A stretch of DNA of 64,000 bases from Antedon mediterranea (GCF_964355755.1 NC_092674.1:3720001-3784000); one strand, 5' to 3'. Shown: positions 1 through 14,619, numbered from the stretch's first letter. The notes: generated from the letters alone by a model not told the origin. Program-made: numbers and translations.

Positions 1-276
1 GAAGTGTTTCTTCAAAATACCAGGAAAACATTTTGGCAAATTTAAGTAATTTAAAAGGTTAAATAAGCAATTGAAGTGACGGTACCTATCTATTGTATGG
101 TAACAACAGCGAAAACTCATTAAGTAGATTATGCGATGCACCTGTGACGTCACAGCAATTTACGGCGATGGCTGTACGGCGAGCGCGTGCGGCGATATCC
201 TCGATTTCGCGATGGTTCTGAAATCATGTATACCCCTAATACGTTTTTAAAATATGGTCCTCGGTACAGTTGTCCT
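1..276. mobile_element. Right end of a Kolobok-like non-autonomous DNA transposon (same family as 35141-35851)
   Basis: Aligns by eye with 35568-35851; ends ...AGTTGTCCT followed by TTAA (277-280). RR..YY termini with TTAA target are Kolobok hallmarks. Confidence 0.6.
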
Positions 277-280
277 TTAA

Positions 281-912
281 GGGGACCCAATGGAACCCCT
301 ATTAAGGGGACACATTCAGAACCCCTATTAGGGGACACATTCAGAACTCCTATTACGGGACACATCCAGAACCCCTATTAAGGGGACACATTCAGAACTC
401 CTATTAAGGGGACACATCCAAAACCTCTATTAAGGGAATACATCCAGAACCCCTATTAAGGGGGCACATCCAGAACCCCTATTAGGGGACACATTCAGAA
501 CTCCTATTAGGGAACACATTCAGAACCCCTATTAGGGGACACATTCAGAACTCCTATTAGGGGACACATTCAGAACCCCTATTAAAGGGACACATTCAGA
601 ACCCCTATTAAAGGGACACATCCAGAACCCCTATTAGGGGACACATTCAGAACCCATATTAAGGGGACACATTCAGAACTTCTATTAAGGGGACACATCC
701 AGAACCTCTATTAAGGGGATACATTTGGAACCCCTATTAAGGAGACACATTTGGAACCCTATTAAGGGGACACATCCAGAACCCCTATTAAGGGGACACA
801 TCCAGAACCCCTATTAAGGGGACACATCCAGGACCCCTATTAAGGGGACACATCCAGAACCCCTATTAAGAGGACACATACAGGACCCCTATTAAGGGGA
901 CACATCCAGGAC
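281..912. repeat. Minisatellite, 28-29-bp unit GGGGACACATYCAGAACCCCTATTAA-type, about 22 copies
   Basis: Directly visible tandem periodicity. Confidence 0.95.
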
Positions 913-977
913 TGATTAAAATGTCCCCTTAACGGGCGGGGATGTTCTTAATTTGTCTACTACAGTACTAAGTAAAA

Positions 978-2479
978 CTAGACATGAAACTCGTCACTTT
1001 GACGAGTTAGTTATCCGCACGACAGATGCCACGTGCACGTCATACGTTAAAAACTATAATAAGAGGTGGTCCTGTATTTTCGCCTTGTATTATAATTATA
1101 CAGTACACTGTGTATAAAAGGAGACATTAATTTTACATGATACAGAGGGCGGCAAACAACAATTTGCTCACATCAGAGACTATGCTGGTGTACATTGTAC
1201 TACTGTATATTATATGACATATTAACTGAATTATGGGACCTGCCTTTAATTCAAATATTTAACATGATGACGTCATAAAAAAAACAACACAACGATAGCA
1301 ATTTCTGAAGAAAATTATCTTAGCAACAACATATTAACGTGTAGAAGAAATTTGAATACGTAAAATGTTGGTGCGCGCACATTTAAATGTGATGAACTAT
1401 TACGCAAAATATGAAAATACGACTTTTTTTATTCAACTGGCAATATGATGACGTCACAACATCCGATTGGCAAAATGTTTACATGAATTCGTATCTACAA
1501 TCCTATAGCTTCCAGAAAACGTTTTAATCGTGATTATCACATTTTATTCTTACGAGCTATTACAGATTAAAATTTACTGTAAAGATGAAATTAATGACCC
1601 ACGTAATTAAAATTTTTAGGCATGATGACGTTATAAAAATGTAAATATTTTTTTCTCATGCTAAAGAAAGTTGATTGACCTAGACAATATATAAATATAG
1701 GAGAAAAAGGAATACAGATAAGCGTGATGCGCTCCATTGAATGTGATGAGCAATAACGAAACAGACAAAAATCCTATATTTTACATTCGTGTGGCCATAC
1801 GATTACGTCACAATGTTTTTTTAGCCTTATCGATGCATGATCCGATATCTGCAACTCATCAACTTCTAGATTTTGTAATAAAAATAAACGGTTCACGGTT
1901 TACTTTAGAAACTATGACTGTTTAAAAAAAGACATTATTTTGATGATTTTTTAAGCTTTTTCATAAAAAACGCGCACAAATTGTCTAATTCAACGTGTTC
2001 GTATGGCGTTATTTAAACTGGAAAAGTTCTAAATTGTTTTCAAAATTACTAGGAAAGGCTTGAAAAATATAATTCAAGAGAAAAAAATATGTTTTTATCG
2101 CTACGTGCGCACCGCGTGCGTAAAAAATTGCGCGCCCGTGGGAATTAGAAATTAATTTTGCGCATTTTGAAATTTTAAATGCGCGTGCGCGCGTAACTTC
2201 TTGTGAAACATGCCATTTTTAATCCGTAGAAAGTTTGCCCCTGATATGACTTAAATTTTGTCAAAGTGTCAATACTAAATGACTTTTGGTTTTTAATCTA
2301 TGATCAATCATTGAAATTCATAAAATTGCGCGTAAGTCACGTTGCGCAACTATGACGTCATTCAAAAATAGGAGGTGCACAACTTCACGTAAATGCCCAT
2401 ATGTTGTCAAAGTTATGAAATGTTATGTTTACACATTTTAGAGAAACGCGACTCACAAAAAGGAAGGAAGGAAAGAAGA
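978..2479 (-). mobile_element. Non-autonomous Helitron2/Helentron-like unit 1 (5' end missing or displaced)
   Basis: Minus-strand 3' end reads GCGGATAACTAA, hairpin AACTCGTCA-AAG-TGACGAGTT, TCATGT-CTAG; about 1.5-kb body homologous to units 2 and 3. Confidence 0.7.
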
Positions 2480-2480
2480 A

Positions 2481-5400
2481 CTAGACATGTAACTCGTCAC
2501 TTTGACGAGTTAGTTATCCGCTCGACAAACGCCACGTGCACGTCATACGCTAGAATATTGCACACAGAAAAATATTAAGGCATTATGACCTGAACTGAAG
2601 AATATGATATGTTGTTATTTCTGAATTATGTTATTTTGTTGTCATATACATAGTATACACAGTACAATCTGTATACATATCACAAACAGTGTAAAATAGG
2701 TGAAATTACGGGACCCGTATTTTATTGTAATTTTTAACATCTTGACGGTTTCAAAATGAAATGCAAAAGTAGAAATTTCAGAATAAAATTTTTAAATGTA
2801 ATGAAATATAACGCAAAAGATGAAAATATGACTTTTTGTATTTAACTGGCCATATGATGACGTCACAACATTCGATTGGCACAATTTTCTTATGATTTTG
2901 TATCTACAATACAATAGCTTCCTGAAAACGTTTGAATCGTGATTATCACATTTTATTCTTACGAGCTATACCAGATTAAAATTTACTGTAAAGATGAAAT
3001 TAATGACCAACGTAATTTAAATTTTTAGGCATGATGACGTTAAAAAAATTAAAATATTTTTAATTCATGCAAAACATAATTGATAGACCTAGAATATATT
3101 AAAATCGGGGTGAAAATGAACAACGAATAAGTGGAGATGCGCTCTATTAAATGTGATGAGCTATGACGAAAGAGACAAAAATCCTATATTTTATATTCGC
3201 GTGGCCATACGATGACGTCACAATGTCCGGTTAGCCATATTAATGCATGATTCGATATCTACCACTCATCAACTTCCAGAATACGTAATTAAAAAAAAGT
3301 TCTCTATGTAGTTTAGAATCTATGACTGTTTAAAAATAGGCATAATTTTGACGAATTTTTGAACTTTTTCACCAGAAACGCGTGCAAATTATTTAATTCG
3401 ACGTGCTCGTATGACGTAATTTTAAGTCGAAATTGTTTAAAAGTTGGTAACATTACTATAAAAGGCTGAAAAAACATAAATCACGCGAAAAAAATATGTT
3501 TTTAACGCTACGTGTGCACCGCGTGCGTAAAAAGTTTCGCGCGCGTGGGAATTTTTGACATGCTCAAAATGACATGAAACGCATAGAAAGTTGATTAGAC
3601 GTTGATTTTTCGCACGTTAAAATTTTAAACGCGCGTGCGCGCGTAACTTTTTGTGAAACATGCTATTTTTAATCCATAGAAAGTTTGCGCTTGATATGAC
3701 TTAAATTTTCACAAAGTTTCAAAACAAAATTATGTTTGGTTTTTAGTCTATGATCAATCATTGAAATTCATAAAATCGCACGTAAGTCACGTTGCGCAAC
3801 TCTGACATCATTCAAAAATAGGAGGTGCACAAGTTCACGTAAATGCCAATATGTTGACAAAGTTACGATATGTTCTGTTTACACGTTTTAGAGAAACGCG
3901 ACGCACAAAAATGACAGAAAGAAAGAAGTACTAGACATGAAACTCGTCACTTTGACGAGTTAGTTATCCGCACCACGACAAACGCCACGTGCACGTCATA
4001 CGTTGGAATATTGCACACAGATAAAGATTATGGCATTATGACAAGAACTGAAGAATATGATATGCTGTTAGTGCTGAATTTTGTCAATTTTGTGTCATAT
4101 AGTATATACAGTGCAAACAGTATAATCTGTATACATATATACAGTGTAGAATAGGTGAAATTACTGGACCCGCCATTTATTCAAATTTTTAACATGGCGA
4201 CGGTATCAAAATGGAACACTTAGATAGCAATTTCGGAAAAAAATTATCTCAGGAACAACATATTAAAGTGTAGAAGAAATTTGAATACGTAAAATATAGA
4301 TGCGCGCCCTTTTAAATGTGATGAACTATTACGTAAAATATGAAAATACGACTTTTTTTATTCAACTGGCCATATGATGACGTCAGAACATCCGATTGGC
4401 AAAATGTTTACATGAATTCGTATCTACAATCTAATAGCTTCCAGAAAACGTTGTAATCATGATTATCACTTTTTATTCTGACGAGCTATAACAGATTGAA
4501 ATTTACTGTAAAGATGAAAATATGTGACCCACGTTATTTACATTTTTAGACATGATGACGTTAGAAAAATTAAAATATATTTAACTCATGCGAAAGATAG
4601 TTGATTGACGGAGACAATATTAAAATCTCGGGGGAAATGGAATACGTATAAGCGAGATGCGCTCTGTTGAATGTGATGAGCAATAACGAAAGAGACAAAA
4701 ATCCTATATTTTACATTCGTGTGGCCATACGATGACGTCACAATGTCCGGTTAGCCATATTGATTCATGATCCGATATCTACAACTCATCAACTTCCAGA
4801 ATATGTAATTAAAAAAAAGTTTACCTCGTAGTTTAGAATCTATGACTGTTTAAAAAAAGGCATAATTTTGACAAATTGTTGAACTTTTTCATTATAAAGG
4901 CGTGCAAATTGAACAATTCGACGTGCTCGTATGACGTAATTTTAAGTAGAAATTGTATAAAAATTGAGCAAATTACTATAAAAGGCTTATAAAACATAAT
5001 TCACGCAAAAAAAAGACGTTTTAGCGCTACGTTCGCCACCGCGCGCGTAAAAATTTGCGCGCACGTGGGAATTTTTTACATGCGCAAAATGTCATGAATT
5101 GCGTAAAAAGTTGATTAGAAATTAATTTTGCGCAATTTGAAATTTTAAATACGCGTGCGCGCGTAACTTCTTGTAAAACGTGCCATTTTTAATCCACAAA
5201 AAGTTTGCCCCTGATATGACTTAAATTTTCACAAAGTGTCAAAACAAAATTATGCTTGGTTTTTAGTCTATGATCAATCATAAAAAATCATAAAATCGCG
5301 CGTAAGTCATGTTGCGCAACTCCGACGTCATTCAAAAATAGGAGGTGCACAACTTCACGTAAATGCCCATATGTTGACAAAGTTAGGAAATGTTATGTTT

Positions 5401-5580
5401 ACAAGTTTTTGAGATACGTTCTGCACAAAAATGGGGGAGAAAGAAAGAAGCAGAAAAAGATCCAGGACGATTACAAGGAGTTATCCGCTCAATGCGGATA
5501 ACTAATAATACAGAAAAAAAATGTTGATCTCGTACAATAACAAGGAGTTATCCGCTTGGTATACCAAGCGGATAACTAAT
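2481..5580 (-). mobile_element. Non-autonomous Helitron2/Helentron-like unit 2, with unit 3 nested near its 5' end
   Basis: CTAG plus hairpin terminus at 2481-2521; other terminus at 5546-5580 with the perfect 32-bp palindrome AGTTATCCGCTTGGTA|TACCAAGCGGATAACT. Confidence 0.65.
3931..5506 (-). mobile_element. Non-autonomous Helitron2/Helentron-like unit 3 (complete)
   Basis: CTAG plus hairpin terminus at 3931-3971; opposite terminus hairpin AGTTATCCGC-TCAAT-GCGGATAACT at 5479-5503; asymmetric sub-terminal inverted repeat TTAGTTATCCGC; (AAAG)n near the 5' end. Confidence 0.75.
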
Positions 5581-8500
5581 TAATTGACAGTAACACGAGA
5601 ACAACGCACAGAGTCACTTACAAAATGAATTTGGACGTGGGGGTACGCCAGTGTGCATAGCACTGCATAAAAATGAGCATTTAAGAAACAGCTGACCAAT
5701 GCTAACTGTTTACGGTGCTTACTAATTGTATTAGCAAAAAATTATATATACATTATCAGTAGCAAATTATCATTATTAGTAAACAAACTGTGTCAACAAT
5801 TGGTTTCCACGATAAATTAACAATGTTTACACTAGTAAAGTAAAAGACTTTGATAAGTAGGGCGCTACATTAGAGTTTACAAGCCAGCGTTGTCGTTGAT
5901 GATAATAAAGGTCTTGCCTTGGGTGGTGTGTTTCTGTTGAATAAATCATTATTTTTTTATATTTCAACCTCAAGCCTTGCCTACACTATCAAACTTTATG
6001 TGACAAAAAAATGTGATGTGCCCATATATGGACATCATGTCACTACTATATTTGAGCATATATCACTACCATATTTGGACACATTACACTTTTTTTAGGT
6101 CCTTTGGGAAGAGGCAATTTAGATGCGTCACAATCAAAATATAACAATTATGCAATCGTGCAATTAATTACAGTCATACTAAATTACGATTTAAATAGCA
6201 TATTTATACTAGCACTTGTTACCCAAAAGAATTGGTGATAGTGTTTCTACATGTCATCATGCTTGGGGCAATAAAGGATTCATGAGGGAATCTCAGTACG
6301 TCACTGACAGTATCGTATTGAGATCCTCAATAGTAATCAGAATACATAGGTTTAATGATTGTCCACCCCTCAAGGCCTTCCACCACTGCCTCCCCTTGCC
6401 TAATTGTACCGCCACTCCTCGAGGCCATCCACCGCCGCCGCCACTCCTCAAGGCCTTTCTTCACCCTGTGGATGAGTTTGACCCTCATTTAATTGAAATC
6501 TTTTTCCTAATGATGCTTTTTTCCACCCATTAAGGTCTATCTTTACCCCGTGACATTTTTTTCTCCACCCCTTGATGAGTTCTTTCTCTATCCCATGTTT
6601 CTCCACCCATTGATTGAGTTTATTCTTCACCCTTTCATAATTTGATTGACCTCTTGAGGTCTCTCTACTAATTAAGGCTTTTCTGCTTTACACAAAACAA
6701 GTTAGTGAATTTATTTGATGGATATATTTAAATATATAATTTTTATCTTATAGTGAAATTATTTTCAATCTGCTGTAGCAGCCTACAACTAGACAGTTAT
6801 GCCATTCTAATCTTCCTATCTACGACAGAAAGGTAATTCAAAATGTAAAATAACCATGACAAATAAAAGGTATCTTACAATCTTACCTATAAATGATGTT
6901 ATTGTTAATTACAGCATGAAGGCTTGTCCGCAGTGTATAAACTGCATTCTAGACATCTGTCACACTGAGTTGATGTTATTCAGTGGAAAAATAAATGGTC
7001 ATGGGTCATCAATTTTAGGTCAAGGTTCATTACTCATGAATATGTGGATAGTATGATTATGAAAGACGAATACAGTACACAGCACTGTGTACAGTATAAC
7101 ATAATTTAATAGTTTCACACAGGTTACATGGAATTAAAATTTAAGAAAAGATTTCAAATTTTAATTATTAATTTAATAAATAATAAAATAATTAATAAAT
7201 CTGATGTTTTATCCATCTGCAATAAATTTGTGTAAAACAATTTTTATTGGCAATACTGATAATGATTCAAAAAACATAATAATGGGGCCTATAATAATAA
7301 TGAATATTGAAAATTTAAATTTCCTTTTTAATATTATTACTTCATTATTATGATTATTTTGAGTACAACCATTTGTGTCAACCGGACATAGATTTTACGC
7401 TTCACTATTCTCAATACTAATTTACTGTAAATTTTTAATGTTTTTCTTGTTTATTTATATTGTTTTATATTGTACTTTTGATAATGGTTTTGTAATTTTG
7501 ATATTTAGGATGATTTGTGCCGCAAAAGCTTCAATCCAAATAAAGTTATTATTATATAGATTTAATTTGTTTTAAATATTTCTGTTTTGTTTTGAATCCA
7601 AATACTTAAAAAAGATGTAAACATTGCGTAAAGTTCTTCATAACATTTCACAATTAAGCTGCAATATTTTCTTTCTTTTTCTTTCTGAACTATCAAGTCA
7701 AGTATCATTTTTGTCATTTGTTTTAAGAAAAAAAAAACATAGAAATTCTGTTTGAAGTCTACATTCAACAATGCGTTGTTATATAAATAATCAGTTAGTA
7801 CCTACAGGTTGATGTACAATACATGTGTTATTCAATGCAAAGACAGTAGTATGCTAATACTGTACAGGTTGTAGCAAGATTATGAGAAGATGCTTTTGGT
7901 AGAGTTTCTGAGACAGACCCTTATTGCAAAAAGATTTATTACTACATAGAGGGCAGCAAACAAATTTAAATCCTTATGAAAATATGCATACGGTAATTTG
8001 TTTTGTTAGCATTCAACAAACACCTAGAAATGCATGCATACACTAAAATATATAAATATTTATATTTTAATATCATTACACAAAATGAAGTATTGATAAG
8101 TTTAGAATATTATTTTCTAATAAAAATGAAATGAAATGGTTATTAAAATCTATTATGTTTATGATTATATTTATTTTTCAAAATGGGTCCAAACAAACTG
8201 TTTAAGCTGCTAACTATTAATTGTTTTTGTATTAAATTTTCTAATTACTGCATAAAAAGTACAATTATCAGAAATCAGAATATACTTAAAATATTTGATG
8301 CTCAAATCATCTTCATTTACTGTTAAATAAAGACCTATTAAAAATACATTGCTAATAAAAAAAATACATTGCTATTAACAATAATTGCTATCTAGCTTAA
8401 ATGTTATCACTTGTAGATTTATTGCAAAGCTTAGCAATTATTGCAATTACATCGGAGGTCACAGGTCAAAAAATTTCAGAATATTCACATTAATACTTTT

Positions 8501-10441
8501 AATTTATTGGTGATGTCTGGACTGCAACGTTTATATTTTCTACTGACGCCAAATAACTTAAATTTTTTTTTATCATTATCTACTAGCCATCTCTGTGTTT
8601 TTTTTGGCAACCTTCCCACAAAATAAAAATTATGTGAACGGCCATTAGACGAAGATCTTTAAGTAGCGAGCATATCTAACTTCATTATTGTAGCGGTAGA
8701 CCGTCGCTGGTTATGGTAATATACAGCTAGATAAACTATCTTTAATAATTACCCTACTAATACAGGTTTAAGGTCACCTCTGAGTAGTCTAATATTTTGC
8801 ACAAAATGAGCTACTTACGTAAAGCCTATCTAATTCCACTGGAAAAACAAATTATGAAATGGACGTTGAAAATAGAGGTATATTGAATCTTGTGGTTAAC
8901 AATACATGCTTACAAATCTTTGGTTCAAATCAAATTACTAAGTTACAATGATTTTGTTCATGGCCAAAACATACCTCATTAATATCAAAATTTAAAATTG
9001 ATGTAATACATTAAATATTCTAAAAAACATTAATTATGCTTTCCTTTTTTGACTCTTTTTGAAATAAAACAAAAATTATTTATACTACTAGCTTGATAAG
9101 CCCTTAACCAAGATAAAAAAAAAAAAAAAATGTAATTGATAAAATTAATACCATCTGTGAGGTACTATAAATCCAAAGTACAGTATTTCAGAACATTTAA
9201 GTACAGTATTGATAGTACTCTATGAAATTCAAGAGAAAATTAATTTTTTTGGAGGAGTACAGTATACAGTAGTTATTAGTACGCAGATCTGAAATGTCAA
9301 AATACTTTTAAATACTCTCATACCACGTATAAGGGCTTCTATCTACGGTGAATATCGCAATCACAATTTATTATAAACAGAATTAGTAACTACAGTGTAC
9401 GAGCAGACAGGTTTCGAATGAAGATTACTTTCTCCCGAAGGAGACGTCGTGGTACTTTTAAAGTGTAATGTAAACTTATTTTATTATAAACAGAATGTAC
9501 TGTACTTACTGTACATTGACCACTGTAGATTTACTGTGCAATTCACTGTGACACAGTTTACAAACCTTTTGTGCCATGATAAATAGCAGATCTCTTCATT
9601 AAATTGAATCAATTATTATTTATACTGGGCGACCCGGTTATGATCAGTGGCTGTGATGTATTAGTTATAATGGCTACGTAAATTACAGTCCCACTGTCTA
9701 AACCGCTCGGCCACTCACTCGCTAAAAGCATTTTTAATTTCTCAAAACTATAAATGAAAAAAGTTGGAGTGTTTCCAATTGAAGTTACGGTTTGTGGACA
9801 ACAAATAGGTGTATTTGGTTTATCCAGGTAAGTTTGACACAAACTAGGCCACCAAGACACATCATTTTCATAGAGTGTTATCAACACATTAACACTTCTC
9901 ACCTTCTTTCAGCACAGTGAATACATTTTAATGACATTTTTGGAAAAAGATCTATTTCAAATAAATCATGCATTTCTAAATAAATTATCTAAAATAAAAT
10001 AATAATGTTTGGGATGTTTACAAGCACAGTAGAAGATTGATGACAGACTGACTGATGAATAAGATATAATGTCTAAAGCTCTGTCTACACTTTTAAACTA
10101 GTTCGAAAAAAAAGTGTGATGTGCCTAAATATGGTAGTGATGCCAAAATATGGCAGTGATATGATATATATATGGACACATCACATTTTTTTTGTCACAT
10201 AAAGTTTGATAGTGTTGATAGCAAACAAAACACGCTGTCATATCAAGTGGACACATCCCAGATGATCTCAATCCTCGTGTCGTTGGCTGTAGTGTAATGG
10301 ATCCGAGATCACAAAAAAAAAAAATCAGCCATCCTTTTGAAAAGACTGAGATTACCAGAACTATGGGGTCTTTTTCGAAAGATGCCCTAAGCTATTTAAA
10401 GTGCACATGAGTAAAGTTATGATTTGGGTTGCCCTGCCTTA

Positions 10442-10598
10442 AGCTCTGTCTACACTATCAAACTATTTTGACAAAAAAAGTGTGATGGGCCAAAATATGG
10501 TAGTGATATACCCAAATATAGTAGTGATATGACATCATCCTGTCCATGGGCACATCACATTTTTTTGTCACATAAAGTTTGATAGTGTAGACAAAGCT
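10442..10598. mobile_element. PIF/Harbinger (Tourist-like) MITE family A, full copy
   Basis: TIR AGCTCTGTCTACACTATCAAACT; TTA TSD on both sides. Partial or decayed copies near 5975-6095, 10077-10222, 13048-13155, 38935-39057, 47943-48062, 50914-51054, 58680-58720, 59497-59648, 59885-59930, 60268-60288. Confidence 0.85.
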
Positions 10599-11999
10599 TT
10601 AACCGCTCAGATCAATCATCTCTCATGCATTTCCTTTTTCTCAGTTGGTAACTACCTCAAATTCTATTATTTATAAACATGATTTTTCAGTACATGTTAC
10701 ATTAGTATTCAATATTAGGACATTTATTGTAGTCATCTTCAAAACTTGACTCGTTTACGGAACGAGCGGCATGTTGTTTGTGAATGATTGATGGTTCACA
10801 GTATACATCATTAATGGAATCCACCATGCGATTTATGATTCTACAAGGTATGTTTGTTGCATGAAATAAATTATGAATAATCTTATTATAATACCTGTTG
10901 TAAATCACCAAGGGGAGGCATGACGTAGGAATAATAACAACTCGCAGCTCAATAAATAAAATGTACGTCCCTTGAGGGAGGGGGGTTACTAAGGGATCCC
11001 AGGAGGTATTGTTGTCTAAATCTTATAAATATAAACTTTACGATTAATGTTTCTTTCATTTGATGTACGAGAACATTTGGTCGTAATGACAGCTCCTGTA
11101 AGCGATGGAATGATCTGCGATGCAAAATCATTACAGAAAATAAACAAGTAATTTATATCCGCACATGTTGCTTTAAATTTCACTATTTCGTTCATATTTT
11201 TGACGATTATTTTAATTTTATCGGTATTAATTGTTCATTGAATGCTTTATAAATTGTGCAGGTTCCAAACAGCTCTCAGGACAATTACTGATACTGAATA
11301 TACAAATCTAAGGGATCAGATCATTTACTCTACTGCAGTTTACTGCAGTAACTACATTTTTTCACTGCAATATGATTTTAGCTTGTTTCAATGTAGAGGT
11401 TTATGCATACATAAAAATGTTACTGCAGTAACTGCAGTAGAATCATTTTTCTTCATAACAGATAAAGCAGATAAAACTAAAGAATATAGATCACAATGTA
11501 TAGTATTAGAATTATTTTTCCAAATAATATAGATCACAATGTATACTATAAGAACTACTGTTCGAATAAAATAAAGCATTTTTTAGATCATAGAGGATAT
11601 TAATATATTGAGTTCCTTGTGGGAACATGTTGAATGCTGTGTCTCTTGCAGGTGGTACAGATCTGTCAACGATCGCCTCTAGGATGCTGTTATAAGCCTG
11701 AAAACTAGGTCTAGTCAATCAATGGTCTAAAACAATACCATCATTTTATGAGACTCACACAGTGGCTATTTAAAAAAAGTAGAACATTACTAAATCATAT
11801 TTGTGATTTTATATTAATGTTCTACAGTATGGGATGGAGGGAGGGAGGTGTACTGTATCTGGAAATCATAGAAATTGATTGGTTCCTTTAAGTTTGGAGT
11901 GTAGTCCCATCCCAGGGAGCCTTTATATTATATTTGGATATACTGTATTTGCAATGGATTTATCAAAGCATTGTGTCTGAATTTAGTCAAATTAGGTGG

Positions 12000-12505
12000 G
12001 ATATACTCAAGCATGGGATTATTCTAGAGTATAAAATGATACTAGAGTATGGAGATACTCATGTATGGGATTATACTAGAATATGGCATTATACTAGAGT
12101 ATGGGATTATACTAGAGTATGGGATTTTACTAGAGTATGGGATTGTACTAGAGTATGGGATTGTACTAGAGTATGGGATTGTACTAGAGTATGGGATTTC
12201 ACTAGAGTATGGGATTATACTAGAGTATGGAAACTCATGTATGGATTATACTAGAGTATGGATATACTTGTGTATGAGATTATACTCGAGTATGGGATTG
12301 TACTAGAGTATGGGATTATACTAGAGTATGGGATTATACTAGAGGATGGGATTGTACTCAAGTATTGGATTATACTTGTGTATGGGATTATCTTCATGTT
12401 TGGGATTATACTAGAGTATGGGATTATACTTGAGTATGGGATAATACTAGAGTATGGGATTATACTTGAGTATGGGATAATACTCGAGTATGGGATTATA
12501 CTCAT
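12000..12505. repeat. Minisatellite, 18-bp unit TACTAGAGTATGGGATTA, about 28 copies
   Basis: Directly visible; produces the spurious (YGIILE)n, (TRVWDY)n and (SSIIPY)n ORFs. Confidence 0.95.
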
Positions 12506-14619
12506 GTCATACATGTTATATTATTTACTTTCCATTACTAAATCATATTTTATTTTTTAAAGCACTAGACTAAATCAAATGCTATATCCTATACATTTCT
12601 AACTTACTTAACAACATTCTTAGACAACCACACCACAATCTTAAATGTCGTTCCAATATAAAATCATAATGAAGAAAGAAAAAAATATTTTTTCTGCAAA
12701 AAAAAATGTTTCGAATTACAATAAGTTTATTGGAATTCTATAAATGCGCTACCAATACAGAAAATCAATTTATTGAAGTAAATTTTACGTAACATGATCA
12801 AGAAAGAGAAGTATCGTAAGACTGACATATAATTTATAGAAAACTATTTTGTTAAGAATCAAGACACACTTTAAGTGCCATAGTTTAATGTTGCAGTTTA
12901 AAGCTTTTAAAAATATTCAATTTGCTTACAATTTTTTTTAAAAAGGGAATTTTCATAATAAACCAAATTTCAACAGCTAGACTGGAACCAACAAGTTTAG
13001 TGACACAATAATTAACTAACAAAATCTACTGTAAGTAAGTAAATCTTGCTCTGTCTACACTATCAAATTGTGTGTGAAAAAAATGTGGTGTGCCCATATA
13101 TGGACATGATGATGTCATATCACTACCCTATTTAGGCAATTCACACATTTATTTGACAGAGCATAAGACCTTAACAAAATATCACCTGAAACATTCTATT
13201 TATATTAACGTTAAATGGAAAAAAGGATTAAATTTGTTAAAATTTATTCTTCGACCACTTCCTCAATCAGAGTGGTTATACTGTACTATATGCATACTAA
13301 TGCTGCTAATGCTAAAAAACATTGTCAATGACTTCACCTACTTTAGTTATATCATAGTATTTAGTATTCAATGGTTTAGGTCTACCCTTTTAACAGAAAT
13401 GAATTTATCTAAATGTTAATATTTTCATTTATAAATTGCAAAAGCATGATAGCCTTTTAAAAGGCATTTGAAGACCTAATTTAGGAAGGAAAGGAATTAA
13501 TTTACTAGGAGTAGACCCTGATGATGACATGTACAGTAATGACAGTTACATTCTTTAAAAAACTTGTAAGAATTGTTTACTGATAAAGTTGAAAAAAACA
13601 AACATCCGAGAAAGTTTTAATGGAGAGAAGATATTTAGCTTTACCTTACTATACAACACAAAATTGGGACAGGATCCGAGAAAATGTTGAGGGTCAGTCT
13701 ATATCAGTACAACCGAACATTGAAAATAAATCACTTTGAATGTGTTGGGAAATAGGGGGTGGGGATGAGAGGTGTAGGAGGTTTAAAACTAGAGTCAGCT
13801 TATACTAGTAACGAAATAACTTTCAATTATTGTTTTGTTTGAAATTAAACATTTTTTTTTATTGAATCCTTCATTTACAATGAAATAGTGAACTGTGAAT
13901 TTAACTGTTTATAAACAGCCCATTATATAATATTTTTATTATAATATTAGTACAGTAGATGCTTGGTAAATGTGTGACTAAGATACAGACACAAAAAAGA
14001 AAATTGTGATGTACAGGAATAAAAAAGTATTCAAAATAAGTTACCTTTGGTAGCACGGAGCGAGCCAACACAGGGTCCAACGCCTGTAAGTAAAGAACAA
14101 AATCCATGATTGATAGCTACTACTACTACTGCAGTACTACTGCAGTAATTAAACACAATTCCAACGTACTGTCAACAATCGAATGCATATGAAACAGCAA
14201 GCAAATAATACTTGTAGGTTGATCAACTGTGTATGCCAAATGTTTGTCAAAATGGTACGTTCCAAATATTATACTCAGCTCTGATGCATCAATCGATGGC
14301 AATCGAGCACTGCAAGTGGTCAATGTTCAAACTACAAATTCTACTGCTCAAATGTTAAGTGTAATAGGCAATATATGTTTACACTGTCCGTTGAGATGAG
14401 AAGAAGTTAATAAAATCTAGAATGAGTATGAGAAAGCATCCGAAAAGAAGCGACTTGGCAAGTGTTAACGTGTTACGGAGTAGGTCAATTTAATTGTCAG
14501 CATTACTGAGGTAGTGGAGCGAGCAGATTTGATTAATGACTCAGATACATTAATTATGCCAGCTTGCCTGACGCACACGTCGCTGCTTCAACAACCTACA
14601 TATTTTATAACCAATTTAA

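Noticed and set aside
6400-6460. In-frame TGA as selenocysteine in the minus-strand ORF
   Set aside because: No selenoprotein motif or recognisable SECIS.
11934-12560. Repetitive ORFs (YGIILE)n, (TRVWDY)n, (SSIIPY)n
   Set aside because: By-product of an 18-bp minisatellite that is open in several frames on both strands; no gene context.
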